Counted from the first letter of the stretch, positions 8,003-16,716 are shown. The stretch is DNA of 64,000 nt from Thermoanaerobaculia bacterium (GCA_046716885.1 JBKJWL010000267.1:2216-66215); one strand, 5' to 3'. Numbers and translations are program-made. The notes: generated from the letters alone by a model not told the origin.

Positions 8003-10294
8003 GTGGACGGCCGCCGTCTCCCGTCCTTCCGCGGCCTCCAGATCGCGGTGTGCGCCGCGGCCGCAGCGCTGCTGGCGGCGCTCGCTCCGGGAATCGCCTG
8101 GAGGCAGTGGCCCGAAATCGTCTTCTTCACCGCCCTCGGCGTTCTCGCGTTCCGGCTGCGCGTGCGGTACGCCGGCAACTTCGTCGGCCTCGAGGCCGCC
8201 GCGCTCGCCCCCGCCATCCTCCTGCTCGACTCTCCCGGCGCGGCGATGCTGGTCTGCGTGGCGGCCGACGCGATCTCCAAGACACTGCAGAAGCCGCGCC
8301 GGTTCACGCTCTCCAACGCCTTCGACCTCGCACAGCTCTCGCTGGCCTACGGGGCGGCGGCCGTGTTCCGGCACGCGCTGAACGTCCCGGCAGGAGGATG
8401 GGTGGCGATCGCAGCGCTCGCGACCGGCGTCCTGCTCGTGTTCTTCTTCGTGAACACCGCGCTCGTCTTCGCCTACCTCGAGCTCGGAGGCATAGTCCGC
8501 CGCGAACGGCTCGTCGAGATCGCCCTCTTCCAGCTCGTGGCGCTGCTTCTGCTGGCCCCGATCGTCATCCTCGAGGTGCTCGTGTACCCCCACCACGGTG
8601 CAGCGGGAATGCTGCTCGCGTTTTTCCCGGTGGTGCTCGCGTCCTTCGTCATGCGAAACCTTTCCACCATGGAGCGCCGCGTGCAGGAGGTCTCTCGCCA
8701 GAACCGCGAGCTCGACGTCATGCGAGACATCTCGAACACCTTCGGCGTCAGCGCCCGGGTCGACCGGTACGAGCGGGTCTTCGCCGCCGTCGCCCGCCTG
8801 CTGCCCGTCGAGGCCATGGCCGTGATCGAGTGGCTGGATGGGAGCGGCGAGGAGCTCGTCGTGCACGTGTCGGAGCGAGCGTCGGGCGCCCGACGCTCGC
8901 TGACGGCCTGGGCCCGGATCAATCGCCTCGACGAGCGGCGGATCGATCGCTCGAGCGCCCCCGAGGAGCTGGCAATCGGCGACTCGCGGGAGATCCACCT
9001 GACGCCGGAGACGAGGTTCCAGGTGCGGATCCGACTCTCGACCTACGAGCTGCACTCGGGCCTGCTGATCCTCGAGAGCGCTTCGCCCGCGCTTCATTCG
9101 CCCGAGGCCGTGGCCTCGCTACGGACGATCGCCGACCACATCGCCCTCGTCCTGCAGGACCGTGCCATCCGCGCCCAGATCGAGGACCTGTCCGAACGCA
9201 ACCGCGAGCGCGCGGAAACGCTCAACCAGATTCTCGAGATCTCCAACGACCTGAAGAAGAACCGCATGATGGACGACCTGTTTCCCTCGATCGCGTCGGC
9301 CGTGGCGCGGAGCCTCGGGTTCCAGCAGGTCGTCCTTTCCCTCTACGACCGCGAACGCAACGTCTTCACGCCGCACGCGCATTTCGGCCTCGACGCACGC
9401 TGGGGCGAGATGCGCGGCAAAGACGTGCCGGCCGAGGAGATCACCCGGCACTGGACCGAGAAGAACCGGGTCTCCAAGTCCTTCTCCGTCCGCAACCGGT
9501 CGGCGCGCGAGGACGACCTGGCCTCGCCCGCCGACGCTCGTCGGGTCGTGAGGGCCGGAGACGAGGGATGGCGGCCCGACGAGCTCCTCTGGATCCCGCT
9601 GTACTCCGGGGACCGGCTGGTCGGCTGCCTCTCGGTCGACGAGCCGAAGACCGGCAAGTCCCCGTCGCTTCAGACCGTCCGCTCGCTCGAGATCTTCGCC
9701 AATCAGGCCGTGGCCGCGATCGAGAACGCGCGCTCGTACAACGAGGCCCGCGAGCAGTCGATCCGCGACTCCCTGACCGGCGCCTACAACCACCGCCACT
9801 TCCAGGACGTGCTCCAGCGCGAGCTCGGCCGCGCCGAGCGCACGGGCCGGCCGCTGACCGTCGTCATGCTCGACATCGACGACTTCAAGTCGATCAACGA
9901 TCGGTTCGGACACCCGGTCGGCGACGCGATTCTCCAGGGCATCGTCGGCGAGATCCGCAACGAGGTGCGCGGCGACATGGACGTGCTGGCGCGCTACGGG
10001 GGCGACGAGTTCGCGCTCGTCCTGCCCGAGACTCCCATCGGCGAGGCGCTGCTGGTGGCCGAGCGGGTCCGCCGCCGTGTGGACGAGAGGCTCTTCCGGA
10101 TGCCCGATTCCCGTGAGGTCCTCCGGGCCACCGTCTCGATCGGGCTCGCCACGTATCCCGACGACGCGAACGAGAAGAAGAAACTGGTCGCGAAAGCGGA
10201 TGCGGCCCTGTACCGCGCCAAGCATGGCGGCAAGAACGCCGTGGTCGCGACGTCCGAATCGGCGCCCGGGCAGCTTCCGCTCCTCCCCCACTGA
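8003..10294 (+). CDS. Membrane-anchored GAF-GAF-GGDEF diguanylate cyclase
   Basis: This is the C-terminal 763 aa of track ORF 6932..10294. The GTG at 8003 lies 2 nt after the PATAN stop, with GGAAGGGG upstream. The protein has about 6-7 hydrophobic helices and two GAF-like regions. The GGDEF domain reads SLTGAYNHRHF...VMLDIDDFKSINDRFGHPVGD...RYGGDEFALVLP. I see no RxxD I-site 5 residues before GGDEF. Confidence 0.8.
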   Translation: MDGRRLPSFRGLQIAVCAAAAALLAALAPGIAWRQWPEIVFFTALGVLAFRLRVRYAGNFVGLEAAALAPAILLLDSPGAAMLVCVAADAISKTLQKPRRFTLSNAFDLAQLSLAYGAAAVFRHALNVPAGGWVAIAALATGVLLVFFFVNTALVFAYLELGGIVRRERLVEIALFQLVALLLLAPIVILEVLVYPHHGAAGMLLAFFPVVLASFVMRNLSTMERRVQEVSRQNRELDVMRDISNTFGVSARVDRYERVFAAVARLLPVEAMAVIEWLDGSGEELVVHVSERASGARRSLTAWARINRLDERRIDRSSAPEELAIGDSREIHLTPETRFQVRIRLSTYELHSGLLILESASPALHSPEAVASLRTIADHIALVLQDRAIRAQIEDLSERNRERAETLNQILEISNDLKKNRMMDDLFPSIASAVARSLGFQQVVLSLYDRERNVFTPHAHFGLDARWGEMRGKDVPAEEITRHWTEKNRVSKSFSVRNRSAREDDLASPADARRVVRAGDEGWRPDELLWIPLYSGDRLVGCLSVDEPKTGKSPSLQTVRSLEIFANQAVAAIENARSYNEAREQSIRDSLTGAYNHRHFQDVLQRELGRAERTGRPLTVVMLDIDDFKSINDRFGHPVGDAILQGIVGEIRNEVRGDMDVLARYGGDEFALVLPETPIGEALLVAERVRRRVDERLFRMPDSREVLRATVSIGLATYPDDANEKKKLVAKADAALYRAKHGGKNAVVATSESAPGQLPLLPH

Positions 10295-10328
10295 CGAAAC
10301 CTCTCGCCGGCTCCGGCGTCTCTCGGGC

Positions 10329-10919
10329 ATGGAACACACCGAACGCATCCTTGTCAGCGCCTTTCTGACCCTTTCGGCCGCCGGGATCGCATTGGCGGCT
10401 CCGGAAGGAGACCGGCGGCCTCGCGACACGTACGTGCTCAATCGCGGACACTCGGCCAGCGTCAGCGGATCCCTCGAGGACCTCGGGACTTTGCGCCGGC
10501 GCTATTCCGGGGACTTTCTCTGGTTCCGCCGCGGAGGGGCAACGTACGTGATCCGGGACCCGCGGCTTCTCGCCGAAGCCGACGCCTTCTTCGAGCCCCT
10601 CCGCGAGCTGCAGCCCGACCAGGACTCGCTGGCGCGCCGCGAGGCCGTGCTCGACCGCGAGGACGAGGAGCACGACCGAGAGGAAGAGGCGATCGAGGCC
10701 GAGGAGGAAACGCGGCCCTCGCCGGAGCTCGACCGTCGGCGCCGGGATCTCCACGACCGGCGCGGGGATCTCTCCCCTCGGCAGCAGGAGCTGGCGAAAG
10801 AGGAGCGGGCCCTGGACCGGCGCGAGGAAGCCCTTGAGGAGGCGGCGGAACGCGAGCTCTGGACGTTTCTCGATCGCACCGTCGCGAGCGGGGCCGCGCG
10901 CCCGGCTTCCCGCAAGTAG
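10329..10919 (+). CDS. Secreted hypothetical protein with a charged coiled-coil C-terminal half
   Basis: The ATG at 10329 lies inside track ORF 10077..10919. The signal-like N-terminus is MEHTERILVSAFLTLSAAGIALAAP. A globular segment follows (GDFLWFRRGGATYVIRDPRLL), then an E/R/D-rich helical repeat. Confidence 0.55.
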   Translation: MEHTERILVSAFLTLSAAGIALAAPEGDRRPRDTYVLNRGHSASVSGSLEDLGTLRRRYSGDFLWFRRGGATYVIRDPRLLAEADAFFEPLRELQPDQDSLARREAVLDREDEEHDREEEAIEAEEETRPSPELDRRRRDLHDRRGDLSPRQQELAKEERALDRREEALEEAAERELWTFLDRTVASGAARPASRK

Positions 10920-10921
10920 GG

Positions 10922-11557
10922 CTAGGGCCGCCGGGGACCGGACACCGCCGGCGAGTCCGGCTCGAAGAAGCGGAGGGGCCAGTCCCGGGCTTCGCCGGCG
11001 TAGTCCACCCCGATGCGCGGCGAGACGCCGATCTGCGGCCTCCCGCCCCGGCGCCGCAGGATGCGCACCGGGCCGCCGCCCAGAAGATCGAGGCCGCTGT
11101 CGCGCGCGTCGATGCCGAGCGCCGCGCAGAGCTTGCCCGGTCCGGACAGAAGGCGGGTTGGCAGGCCCTCCGGCGCCTCCGCCGCGCGCAGGAGCACGGC
11201 CTCCGCGATTCCCTCCCGCCGCGTCACGACGTTGGCGCAGTGGTGCATCCCGTAGACGAGGAAGACGTAGAGATGCCCGCCGTCCGCGTACATCGGCTCG
11301 ACCCGGGGCGTGCGGCGCCCGGCCCAGGAGTGCGCGGCCCGGTCCGGCGCGCCCAGGTACGCCTCCGTCTCCACGATCCGGGCGCCGTACCAGCGCCCGC
11401 GCCACCGCCGCGCCAGGTAGGCGCCGACAAGCGCGCGGGCCACGGCGACGGTGTCGCCCCGGAAGAAGCGCCGCGGCGGCTCCGACAGGCCGAGCGCCGC
11501 CGGTTCGAACGCGAGGCGAGGGTCCGGAGCGTTGTTCGCTATCATGCGGCGCGGCAT
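10922..11557 (-). CDS. mpg: DNA-3-methyladenine glycosylase (MPG/AAG family)
   Basis: The 211-aa ORF contains ARALVGAYL, IVETEAYLGAPDRAAHSWAGRRTPR, MYADGGHLYVFLVYGMHHCANVV, and GPGKLCAALGID. Confidence 0.85.
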   Translation of the reverse strand: MPRRMIANNAPDPRLAFEPAALGLSEPPRRFFRGDTVAVARALVGAYLARRWRGRWYGARIVETEAYLGAPDRAAHSWAGRRTPRVEPMYADGGHLYVFLVYGMHHCANVVTRREGIAEAVLLRAAEAPEGLPTRLLSGPGKLCAALGIDARDSGLDLLGGGPVRILRRRGGRPQIGVSPRIGVDYAGEARDWPLRFFEPDSPAVSGPRRP

Positions 11558-11571
11558 CGGGAAAGGATTCT

Positions 11572-12501
11572 ATGAACATCCTCGTCACCGGCGGCGCCGG
11601 ATTCATCGGCTCGCACATGGCGAAGCGGCACCTCGCCGACGGCCACCGCGTCGTGATCGTCGACGACCTGTCCTCGGGACGACGCGAACGGCTGCCCGAG
11701 GCCGCCCGCTTCGTCCAGGCGGACATCGCCGCGACGGACCTCGCGCCCCTCCTCTCCGAGGAGAAGATCGGTTTCGTGTCCCACCACGCCGCCCAGATCG
11801 ACCTGCGGCACTCGGTCTCCGACCCGGTCGGCGACGCGCGAGTCAACGTCATCGGCAGCCTCATGCTCTTCGAGGCGATGCGCCGCGCCGGGGTCCGGCA
11901 CGTGCTTTTCTCCTCGACCGGAGGCGCGATCTACGGCGAGCCGGAAGACGGGAAGCCCGCTCCGGAATCCCATCCGACCAACCCCATCTCCCCCTACGGG
12001 TGCGCCAAGCTCTCGATCGAGAAGTACATGCACTACTACCGGGTCGTGCACGGCTTCCAGACGCAGGTCTTCCGTTACGCCAACGTGTACGGGCCCTGGC
12101 AGGACGGCACGGGAGAGGCCGGGGTTGTGGCGATCTTCTCGGAGGCCATGCTGGGGTCGAGGCCGCTGAAGATCAACGGTGACGGCGAGCAGACTCGCGA
12201 CTACGTCTACGTCGGCGACCTCGTCCAGGCCGCCGCCGCCGCGGTAAAGAGTGACAAGAGCGGCGTCTGGAACCTCGGAACGGGAGTCGAGACCTCGGTC
12301 AAGAGACTCTTCGCGCTTCTCGCGGCCGAGTACGACTACACCGCCACCCCGCCTCACGTCCCCGCGCCCGCGGGCGAACAGATGCGCAGCGTCCTCGACG
12401 GTTCGCTCGTGCGGAGGGATTTCGATCTGCCGCCCTGGACGCCGCTCGAACAGGGCCTGAAAAAGACCTCAGAGTTCTTCCGAAGCCGCCACCGAGCCTG
12501 A
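11572..12501 (+). CDS. NAD-dependent epimerase/dehydratase (UDP-glucose 4-epimerase-like SDR)
   Basis: The ATG at 11572 follows GGGAAAGGA. The N-terminus MNILVTGGAGFIGSH is a Rossmann motif, and the catalytic YGCAK (YxxxK) is present. This is the C-terminal part of track ORF 10834..12501. Confidence 0.85.
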   Translation: MNILVTGGAGFIGSHMAKRHLADGHRVVIVDDLSSGRRERLPEAARFVQADIAATDLAPLLSEEKIGFVSHHAAQIDLRHSVSDPVGDARVNVIGSLMLFEAMRRAGVRHVLFSSTGGAIYGEPEDGKPAPESHPTNPISPYGCAKLSIEKYMHYYRVVHGFQTQVFRYANVYGPWQDGTGEAGVVAIFSEAMLGSRPLKINGDGEQTRDYVYVGDLVQAAAAAVKSDKSGVWNLGTGVETSVKRLFALLAAEYDYTATPPHVPAPAGEQMRSVLDGSLVRRDFDLPPWTPLEQGLKKTSEFFRSRHRA

Positions 12502-12532
12502 CGCCTGTACAAATCGACGTCGGTCGCGGCCC

Positions 12533-12619
12533 ATGAGCCTCTCGCCAGGTTCCCGCCTCGCTCCCTACGAGATCCGCCGGCCAACTGACGAGCTCTATCT
12601 CGTCGAGGGACTAAAGTGA
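12533..12619 (+). pseudogene. 28-codon mini-ORF resembling a collapsed Ser/Thr kinase gene (N-terminus joined in frame to a short C-terminal tail)
   Basis: My translation is MSLSPGSRLAPYEIRRPTDELYLVEGLK*. The first 14 residues match the stereotyped M.L..G.RLGPYEI start of acidobacterial Ser/Thr kinases. No kinase body follows. It is below the size cutoff of the ORF track. Confidence 0.35.
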
Positions 12620-12645
12620 CGCTGGCAACCAGTATGGCTCCAGTG

Positions 12646-12661
12646 ATATGGTTACCCATAT
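12646..12661. promoter_or_regulatory. Palindrome ATATGG-TTAC-CCATAT over the vapB start region (candidate TA operator)
   Basis: The palindrome has 6-bp perfect arms and spans both candidate vapB ATGs (12648 and 12660). A partial direct repeat, CCAGT..ATGG, lies just upstream. Confidence 0.35.
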
Positions 12662-12905
12662 GAAGACGACCGTCGAGATCTCGGACGGCATCCTGGACGA
12701 CGCCCGCAAAGTGGCCACCCGAGAGGGAACCACTGTTCGCGCTCTCATCGAGGCCGGACTGCGCCGCGAGATTCAGGAGCGCCGGCGCGCCGGCCGTTTT
12801 CGGCTGAGGCGCGCGAGCGTCAAGGGGCGGGGCCTGCGCCTGGAGCTCGCCGGCGCGACCTGGGATCAGATTCGCGACCTCGCCTACGAAGGGCGCGGCA
12901 AATGA
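12660..12905 (+). CDS. vapB: Type II antitoxin, VapB family
   Basis: MKTTVEISDGILDDARKVATREGTTVRALIEAGLRREI is typical of VapB-type antitoxins. The track ORF starts at 12648 (MVTHMKTT), and I prefer the second ATG. The stop overlaps the vapC ATG as ATGA. Confidence 0.8.
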   Translation: MKTTVEISDGILDDARKVATREGTTVRALIEAGLRREIQERRRAGRFRLRRASVKGRGLRLELAGATWDQIRDLAYEGRGK

Positions 12906-13348
12906 TCGCCGTCGACACGAACGTGCTCGTCTTCGCGCATCGAGAAGACTCCCCCTGGCACACCGCGGCTTCCTCGTCCGTAGCAGCGCTGGCCGAGGGC
13001 CGCGGCTCGTGGGCCATTCCGTGGCCGTGCCTTCACGAGTTCCTCGCGATCGTCACGCATCCAGGAATCTACGATCCCCCCTCTCCCCTTTCGGCGGCGC
13101 TGGACCAGGTCGACGCATGGCTCGAGGCTCCCGGGCTCGTGCTGCTCTCGGAAACGAGCAGTCACTGGAGCGAGCTTCGGGTGATGCTCGAACGCGGCCG
13201 GGTCAGCGGAGGCCGCGTCCACGACGCCCGGGTCGCCGCTCTCTGCAGGGAACAAGGCGTGCTCGAGCTTTGGAGCGCCGACCGCGACTTCAGTCGCTTT
13301 CCCGATCTCGCCGTGCGCAATCCCCTGATCCCCGCGAAGAAAAAGTGA
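12902..13348 (+). CDS. vapC: PIN-domain toxin, VapC family
   Basis: MIAVDTNVLV carries the first acidic PIN residue. Later come HEFLAIVT and a C-terminal DARVAALCREQGVLELWSADRDFSRF. The gene is 4-nt coupled to vapB. Confidence 0.85.
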   Translation: MIAVDTNVLVFAHREDSPWHTAASSSVAALAEGRGSWAIPWPCLHEFLAIVTHPGIYDPPSPLSAALDQVDAWLEAPGLVLLSETSSHWSELRVMLERGRVSGGRVHDARVAALCREQGVLELWSADRDFSRFPDLAVRNPLIPAKKK

Positions 13349-13413
13349 CGCTCTCGGCAGGCGCGAGGCTCGAGGTCGTCGTCAACTGGCAGGCGGCGCG
13401 CGAGCCGCGCTGA
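13345..13413 (+). pseudogene. 22-codon mini-ORF resembling a second collapsed Ser/Thr kinase-type gene
   Basis: The GTG overlaps the vapC stop as GTGA. Translation: VTLSAGARLEVVVNWQAAREPR*. TLSAGARL resembles the kinase N-terminus (M.L..G.RLGPYEI). EVVVNWQA resembles the ..VVLNW.. C-terminal tail I recall from acidobacterial kinase / beta-propeller proteins. Confidence 0.3.
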
Positions 13414-13417
13414 AGGC

Positions 13418-14671
13418 CTACGCGGGCTTGCTCGCCGCAACCGAGGTCGTCGTCGTGCGCCGCTCCTCGGGCGCCGGGCCGAAGTGGCGCTTCAAGACGA
13501 CGACCGTGAGGTCGTCCTGCGGGTTTCCGCCCCCCGACCACTCCTTGACGCGCTGGACGAGCTCGCGGGCGATCTCGTCGCAGGGCCGGTCGCGCAGCTC
13601 GAGGAAGGCCTGAGACAGGCGGCCCACGCCGAACTCCTCGTCGTTGTCGTCGGGCGCCTCGACCATCCCGTCTGTGTAGAGCAGGAGCGCGTCGCCCGGC
13701 TCGATCGGGCGATAGCCGCGGCTGTAGGTGGCATTGGCGGTGGGTCCCAGCACGACGCCGGTCTGAAGAAGGGGCGTCACGCTCATCCCGTGAAAATGCA
13801 GCGGGTGCGGATGGCCCGCATTGACGTACATCAGGTTTCCGTCGTCCTCGATCTCGCCGTAGAAGAGGGACACGAACCGGGTCGTGAGGCGCGACTCGTG
13901 GATGATGCGGTTGAGGCGCTCGACCGTACGGACGATTTTGAAGTCGCGCTCGACGGCCATCCGCAGGCCCGTGTACACGTCGCGGACCTGGAGGGCGGCT
14001 GGCAGTCCGTGTCCCGAGGCGTCGGCGATGGCGATGCCGAGGATGCGGTCGGAGACCGAGATGAAGTCGAAGTAGTCTCCTCCCACGAGCTCCGCCGGCG
14101 TCGTGTAGCCGGCCAGCTCCAGGGAACCGCGGCGCAGCGCCCGCTTCGGAAGGATCGACATCTGGATGCGCCGGGCCTCCTGGAGCGCCGAGACGTACCG
14201 ATCCTGCCGGAGCTTCTGGTCGACGGCCAGGCGCAGGATGCCGAGCGACGCCACGAGGTCGTCCTCGGGAGCGGCGGGATCGACCGAGAAGGCCAGGATG
14301 TACTGGTCGTCTCCGACCGCGATGGCGGCGAAGCGCTCCGCCCCGAGGCGGCGCTCGAGCTCGGGGTCCACCCCCGGAGCGGTCAGGTCCATGACGGCCA
14401 CGCCCTCGTCCACAACCCGCTGGATCGGCGGGTAGTCCTCCGGGATGAACAGGCCGGGCGGGATCGCGGGGACGTTGCCGAAAGTGCGGACGAGCTCGTA
14501 GCCCCGGTCGCGGCAGACGTACAGGCGCCCTCCGCGCACGCCGAGCACTTCGGAGAACTGCTCGATCACGGTCGTGGCCGTCTGCATGATCGTCGCGGAC
14601 GGGTCGGCCGCCTGCTCGATCGCCTCGATCGCCTTCTCGATTTTGCGGAAGAGAAACCTTCCCGTCGCCAT
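13418..14671 (-). CDS. GAF domain + PP2C/SpoIIE-family serine phosphatase (RsbU-like)
   Basis: The 417-aa ORF has an N-terminal GAF-like region. The phosphatase domain shows ARRIQMSILP, GGDYFDF, IADASGHGLPAAL, YVNAGHPHP, LLLYTDGMVE, and DDLTVVVLK. Confidence 0.85.
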   Translation of the reverse strand: MATGRFLFRKIEKAIEAIEQAADPSATIMQTATTVIEQFSEVLGVRGGRLYVCRDRGYELVRTFGNVPAIPPGLFIPEDYPPIQRVVDEGVAVMDLTAPGVDPELERRLGAERFAAIAVGDDQYILAFSVDPAAPEDDLVASLGILRLAVDQKLRQDRYVSALQEARRIQMSILPKRALRRGSLELAGYTTPAELVGGDYFDFISVSDRILGIAIADASGHGLPAALQVRDVYTGLRMAVERDFKIVRTVERLNRIIHESRLTTRFVSLFYGEIEDDGNLMYVNAGHPHPLHFHGMSVTPLLQTGVVLGPTANATYSRGYRPIEPGDALLLYTDGMVEAPDDNDEEFGVGRLSQAFLELRDRPCDEIARELVQRVKEWSGGGNPQDDLTVVVLKRHFGPAPEERRTTTTSVAASKPA

Positions 14672-14735
14672 GGCGGCGCGATTCTATCGTGGCGCTTGCG
14701 CGTCCCTCTCGGGTCACGCGCTAGAATCCCCCGGC

Positions 14736-16703
14736 GTGACGGTTGCCCGAACCGGCTGGGGTCTTCTCGCGGCGGCGGTCGCCGGCCTCGCGTTGCTCCT
14801 CCTCGCCTGCGGCCGGGGCGCGAAGCCCGGGCGCGTCATCGTCTTCGGGCTCGACGGCGCGGACCCCGCGACGATCGACCTGCTCATGTCGGAGGGCAAG
14901 CTCCCGAACTTCACGAAGCTGCGTCGGGAAGGCGCCTACGCGCCGCTCCTTTCCCAGAAGCCCCTGCTCTCTCCCGTGATCTGGACGACCGTCGCCACAG
15001 GGAAGACTCCCGACCGGCATCGGATCGGGCACTTCGTCGCGGTCAACTCCGCGACCGGCGAGCAGCTCCCGGTCACGAGCCAGATGCGGAAGGCGAGCGC
15101 CCTCTGGAACATCCTTTCCAACGCCGGGCGCTCCACCGCGGTCGTCGGCTGGTGGGCCACCTGGCCGGCGGAGAAGGTCAAGGGGTCCGTCGTGTCGGAC
15201 CACTTCGCGTACCACTTCCTGATGGAGGAGAGCTCCCGGCTCCCCACCCTGAGCGCTCAGCCGGGAACGACCTATCCGCCGGAGCTCGAGAAGCGCCTCG
15301 ACCCCTTCAAGAAGCGCCCGCAGGACGTCAAGCCGGAGGAAATCGCCTCTTTCGTCGCGGTCTCCTCCGAAGAGTTCGCGCGCCCCTTCGACTTCGACGA
15401 CGATCTTTCGCATTTCAAGTGGGCGTGGGCCACGGCGGAGACCTACACGAAGATCGGACTCGACCTCTGGAAGGAGGATCGCCCCGACACCCTCCTCCTC
15501 TACATCGAAGGGCTCGACTCGGCCTCGCACCTCTTCGGCCACCTCTTCCGCGCGGGCAATCTTTCCGGAGAGCTCGCCGAGCAGCAGAAGAAGTACGGTC
15601 AGGCCGTAGAGCAGATGTACCTCTACGCCGACCGGCTCCTCGGCCGCGTCCTCGACGCCATGGACCGGAGGACCACGCTCGTTCTCCTGTCGGATCACGG
15701 CTTCGAGCTCGGCAGGCTCCCGGACGACCCTTCCAAGACGCGCGATATGCGCCGCGTCAGCGAGCAGTTTCACCGTGTCGAGGGCGTTCTCTATCTGTAC
15801 GGCTACCGGGTCAAGCCGCACACGCGCCTGAATCGCCCGTCGATCCTCGACATCGCGCCCACCGTGCTCGCCTTGAACGGGCTCGGTCGAGCGGCCGACA
15901 TGCCGGGCCGGGTCCTGAACGAGGCCCTCGACATCACGGTCCTCGCTCCCGTCCCGACCTACGAGACCGGTATCGGCCAGACCGCGGAGGCCGAGCCCGC
16001 CGACTCGCAGGTCGACCCCGAGATCGTCAAGAAGCTCCAGAGCCTCGGCTACATCGGCGCGAAGTCCTCGAGCGGAGACCGCAATCTCGCCGGAATCGCC
16101 TTCGAGGCCGGGCGCTTCGAGGAGGCGGCGCGCGAGTACGAGAAGCTCGTCGTCGAAAAACCCGACGACGGCGCGCTGCGCGCGAGCTTCGCCGGGGCGC
16201 TCGGCGCGCTCGGCCGGTACGACGCGGCGTACGACCAGCTTACGAAGGCGATCGAGATCGAACCCTTAAACGTCGAGGCGTACCATAACCGCGCCGTCAT
16301 CCACGAGCGCCGGGGCGAGGTCGAGGCCGGCGTTCGCGACTACCAGACGGCGGTGAAGTACAACCCGCAGTACGAACCGTCGCGACGGGCGCTCGCGAGG
16401 CTGAGCGCGCCTCTTCCGCAGACGCCGAGGAACGAGGCCGAGCAGAGGGCTATGGCGCTCGCGGACGAAGCCGCCGGGGCTGCCCGGCGCGGCGGCTACG
16501 CCGAGGCGAAGGCGAAGCTCGACCAGGCTCAGGCCCTCGCGCCCCGCCTCGCGCTCATCTATCAGTACCGCGCCAACGTGGCGTACCTCGCCGGAGACCG
16601 CGCCGCGGCAATCGCGGCGCTCAAGCAAGGGCTGAAGCTCGACCCGGACAACGCCCTCTTCCGCGAGAACCTCAAGCGCCTCGAACAGCCGCCCACCCCC
16701 TGA
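14736..16703 (+). CDS. Alkaline-phosphatase-superfamily enzyme (type I phosphodiesterase / nucleotide pyrophosphatase-like) fused to C-terminal TPR repeats
   Basis: Within track ORF 14574..16703. The GTG at 14736 gives a signal/lipoprotein-like N-terminus (TVARTGWGLLAAAVAGLALLLLAC). The catalytic region reads VIVFGLDGADPATIDLLMSEGKLPNF...SPVIWTTVATGKTPDRHRI...LLSDHGF. TPR repeats occupy about the last 200 aa. An alternative start is the ATG at 14670. Confidence 0.75.
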   Translation: MTVARTGWGLLAAAVAGLALLLLACGRGAKPGRVIVFGLDGADPATIDLLMSEGKLPNFTKLRREGAYAPLLSQKPLLSPVIWTTVATGKTPDRHRIGHFVAVNSATGEQLPVTSQMRKASALWNILSNAGRSTAVVGWWATWPAEKVKGSVVSDHFAYHFLMEESSRLPTLSAQPGTTYPPELEKRLDPFKKRPQDVKPEEIASFVAVSSEEFARPFDFDDDLSHFKWAWATAETYTKIGLDLWKEDRPDTLLLYIEGLDSASHLFGHLFRAGNLSGELAEQQKKYGQAVEQMYLYADRLLGRVLDAMDRRTTLVLLSDHGFELGRLPDDPSKTRDMRRVSEQFHRVEGVLYLYGYRVKPHTRLNRPSILDIAPTVLALNGLGRAADMPGRVLNEALDITVLAPVPTYETGIGQTAEAEPADSQVDPEIVKKLQSLGYIGAKSSSGDRNLAGIAFEAGRFEEAAREYEKLVVEKPDDGALRASFAGALGALGRYDAAYDQLTKAIEIEPLNVEAYHNRAVIHERRGEVEAGVRDYQTAVKYNPQYEPSRRALARLSAPLPQTPRNEAEQRAMALADEAAGAARRGGYAEAKAKLDQAQALAPRLALIYQYRANVAYLAGDRAAAIAALKQGLKLDPDNALFRENLKRLEQPPTP

Positions 16704-16716
16704 CTCTGACTCGCGG

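Noticed and set aside
14669-14672. CATG shared start codons for the PP2C phosphatase / AlkP-TPR pair. A similar case is AI-2E / CorC at 37370..37373.
   Set aside because: In both cases one partner has a more plausible internal start. The GTG at 14736 gives a signal peptide, and the GTG at 37204 precedes the first TM helix. The overlaps are therefore probably longest-ORF artefacts. Only the fdx/trmB case survived scrutiny.
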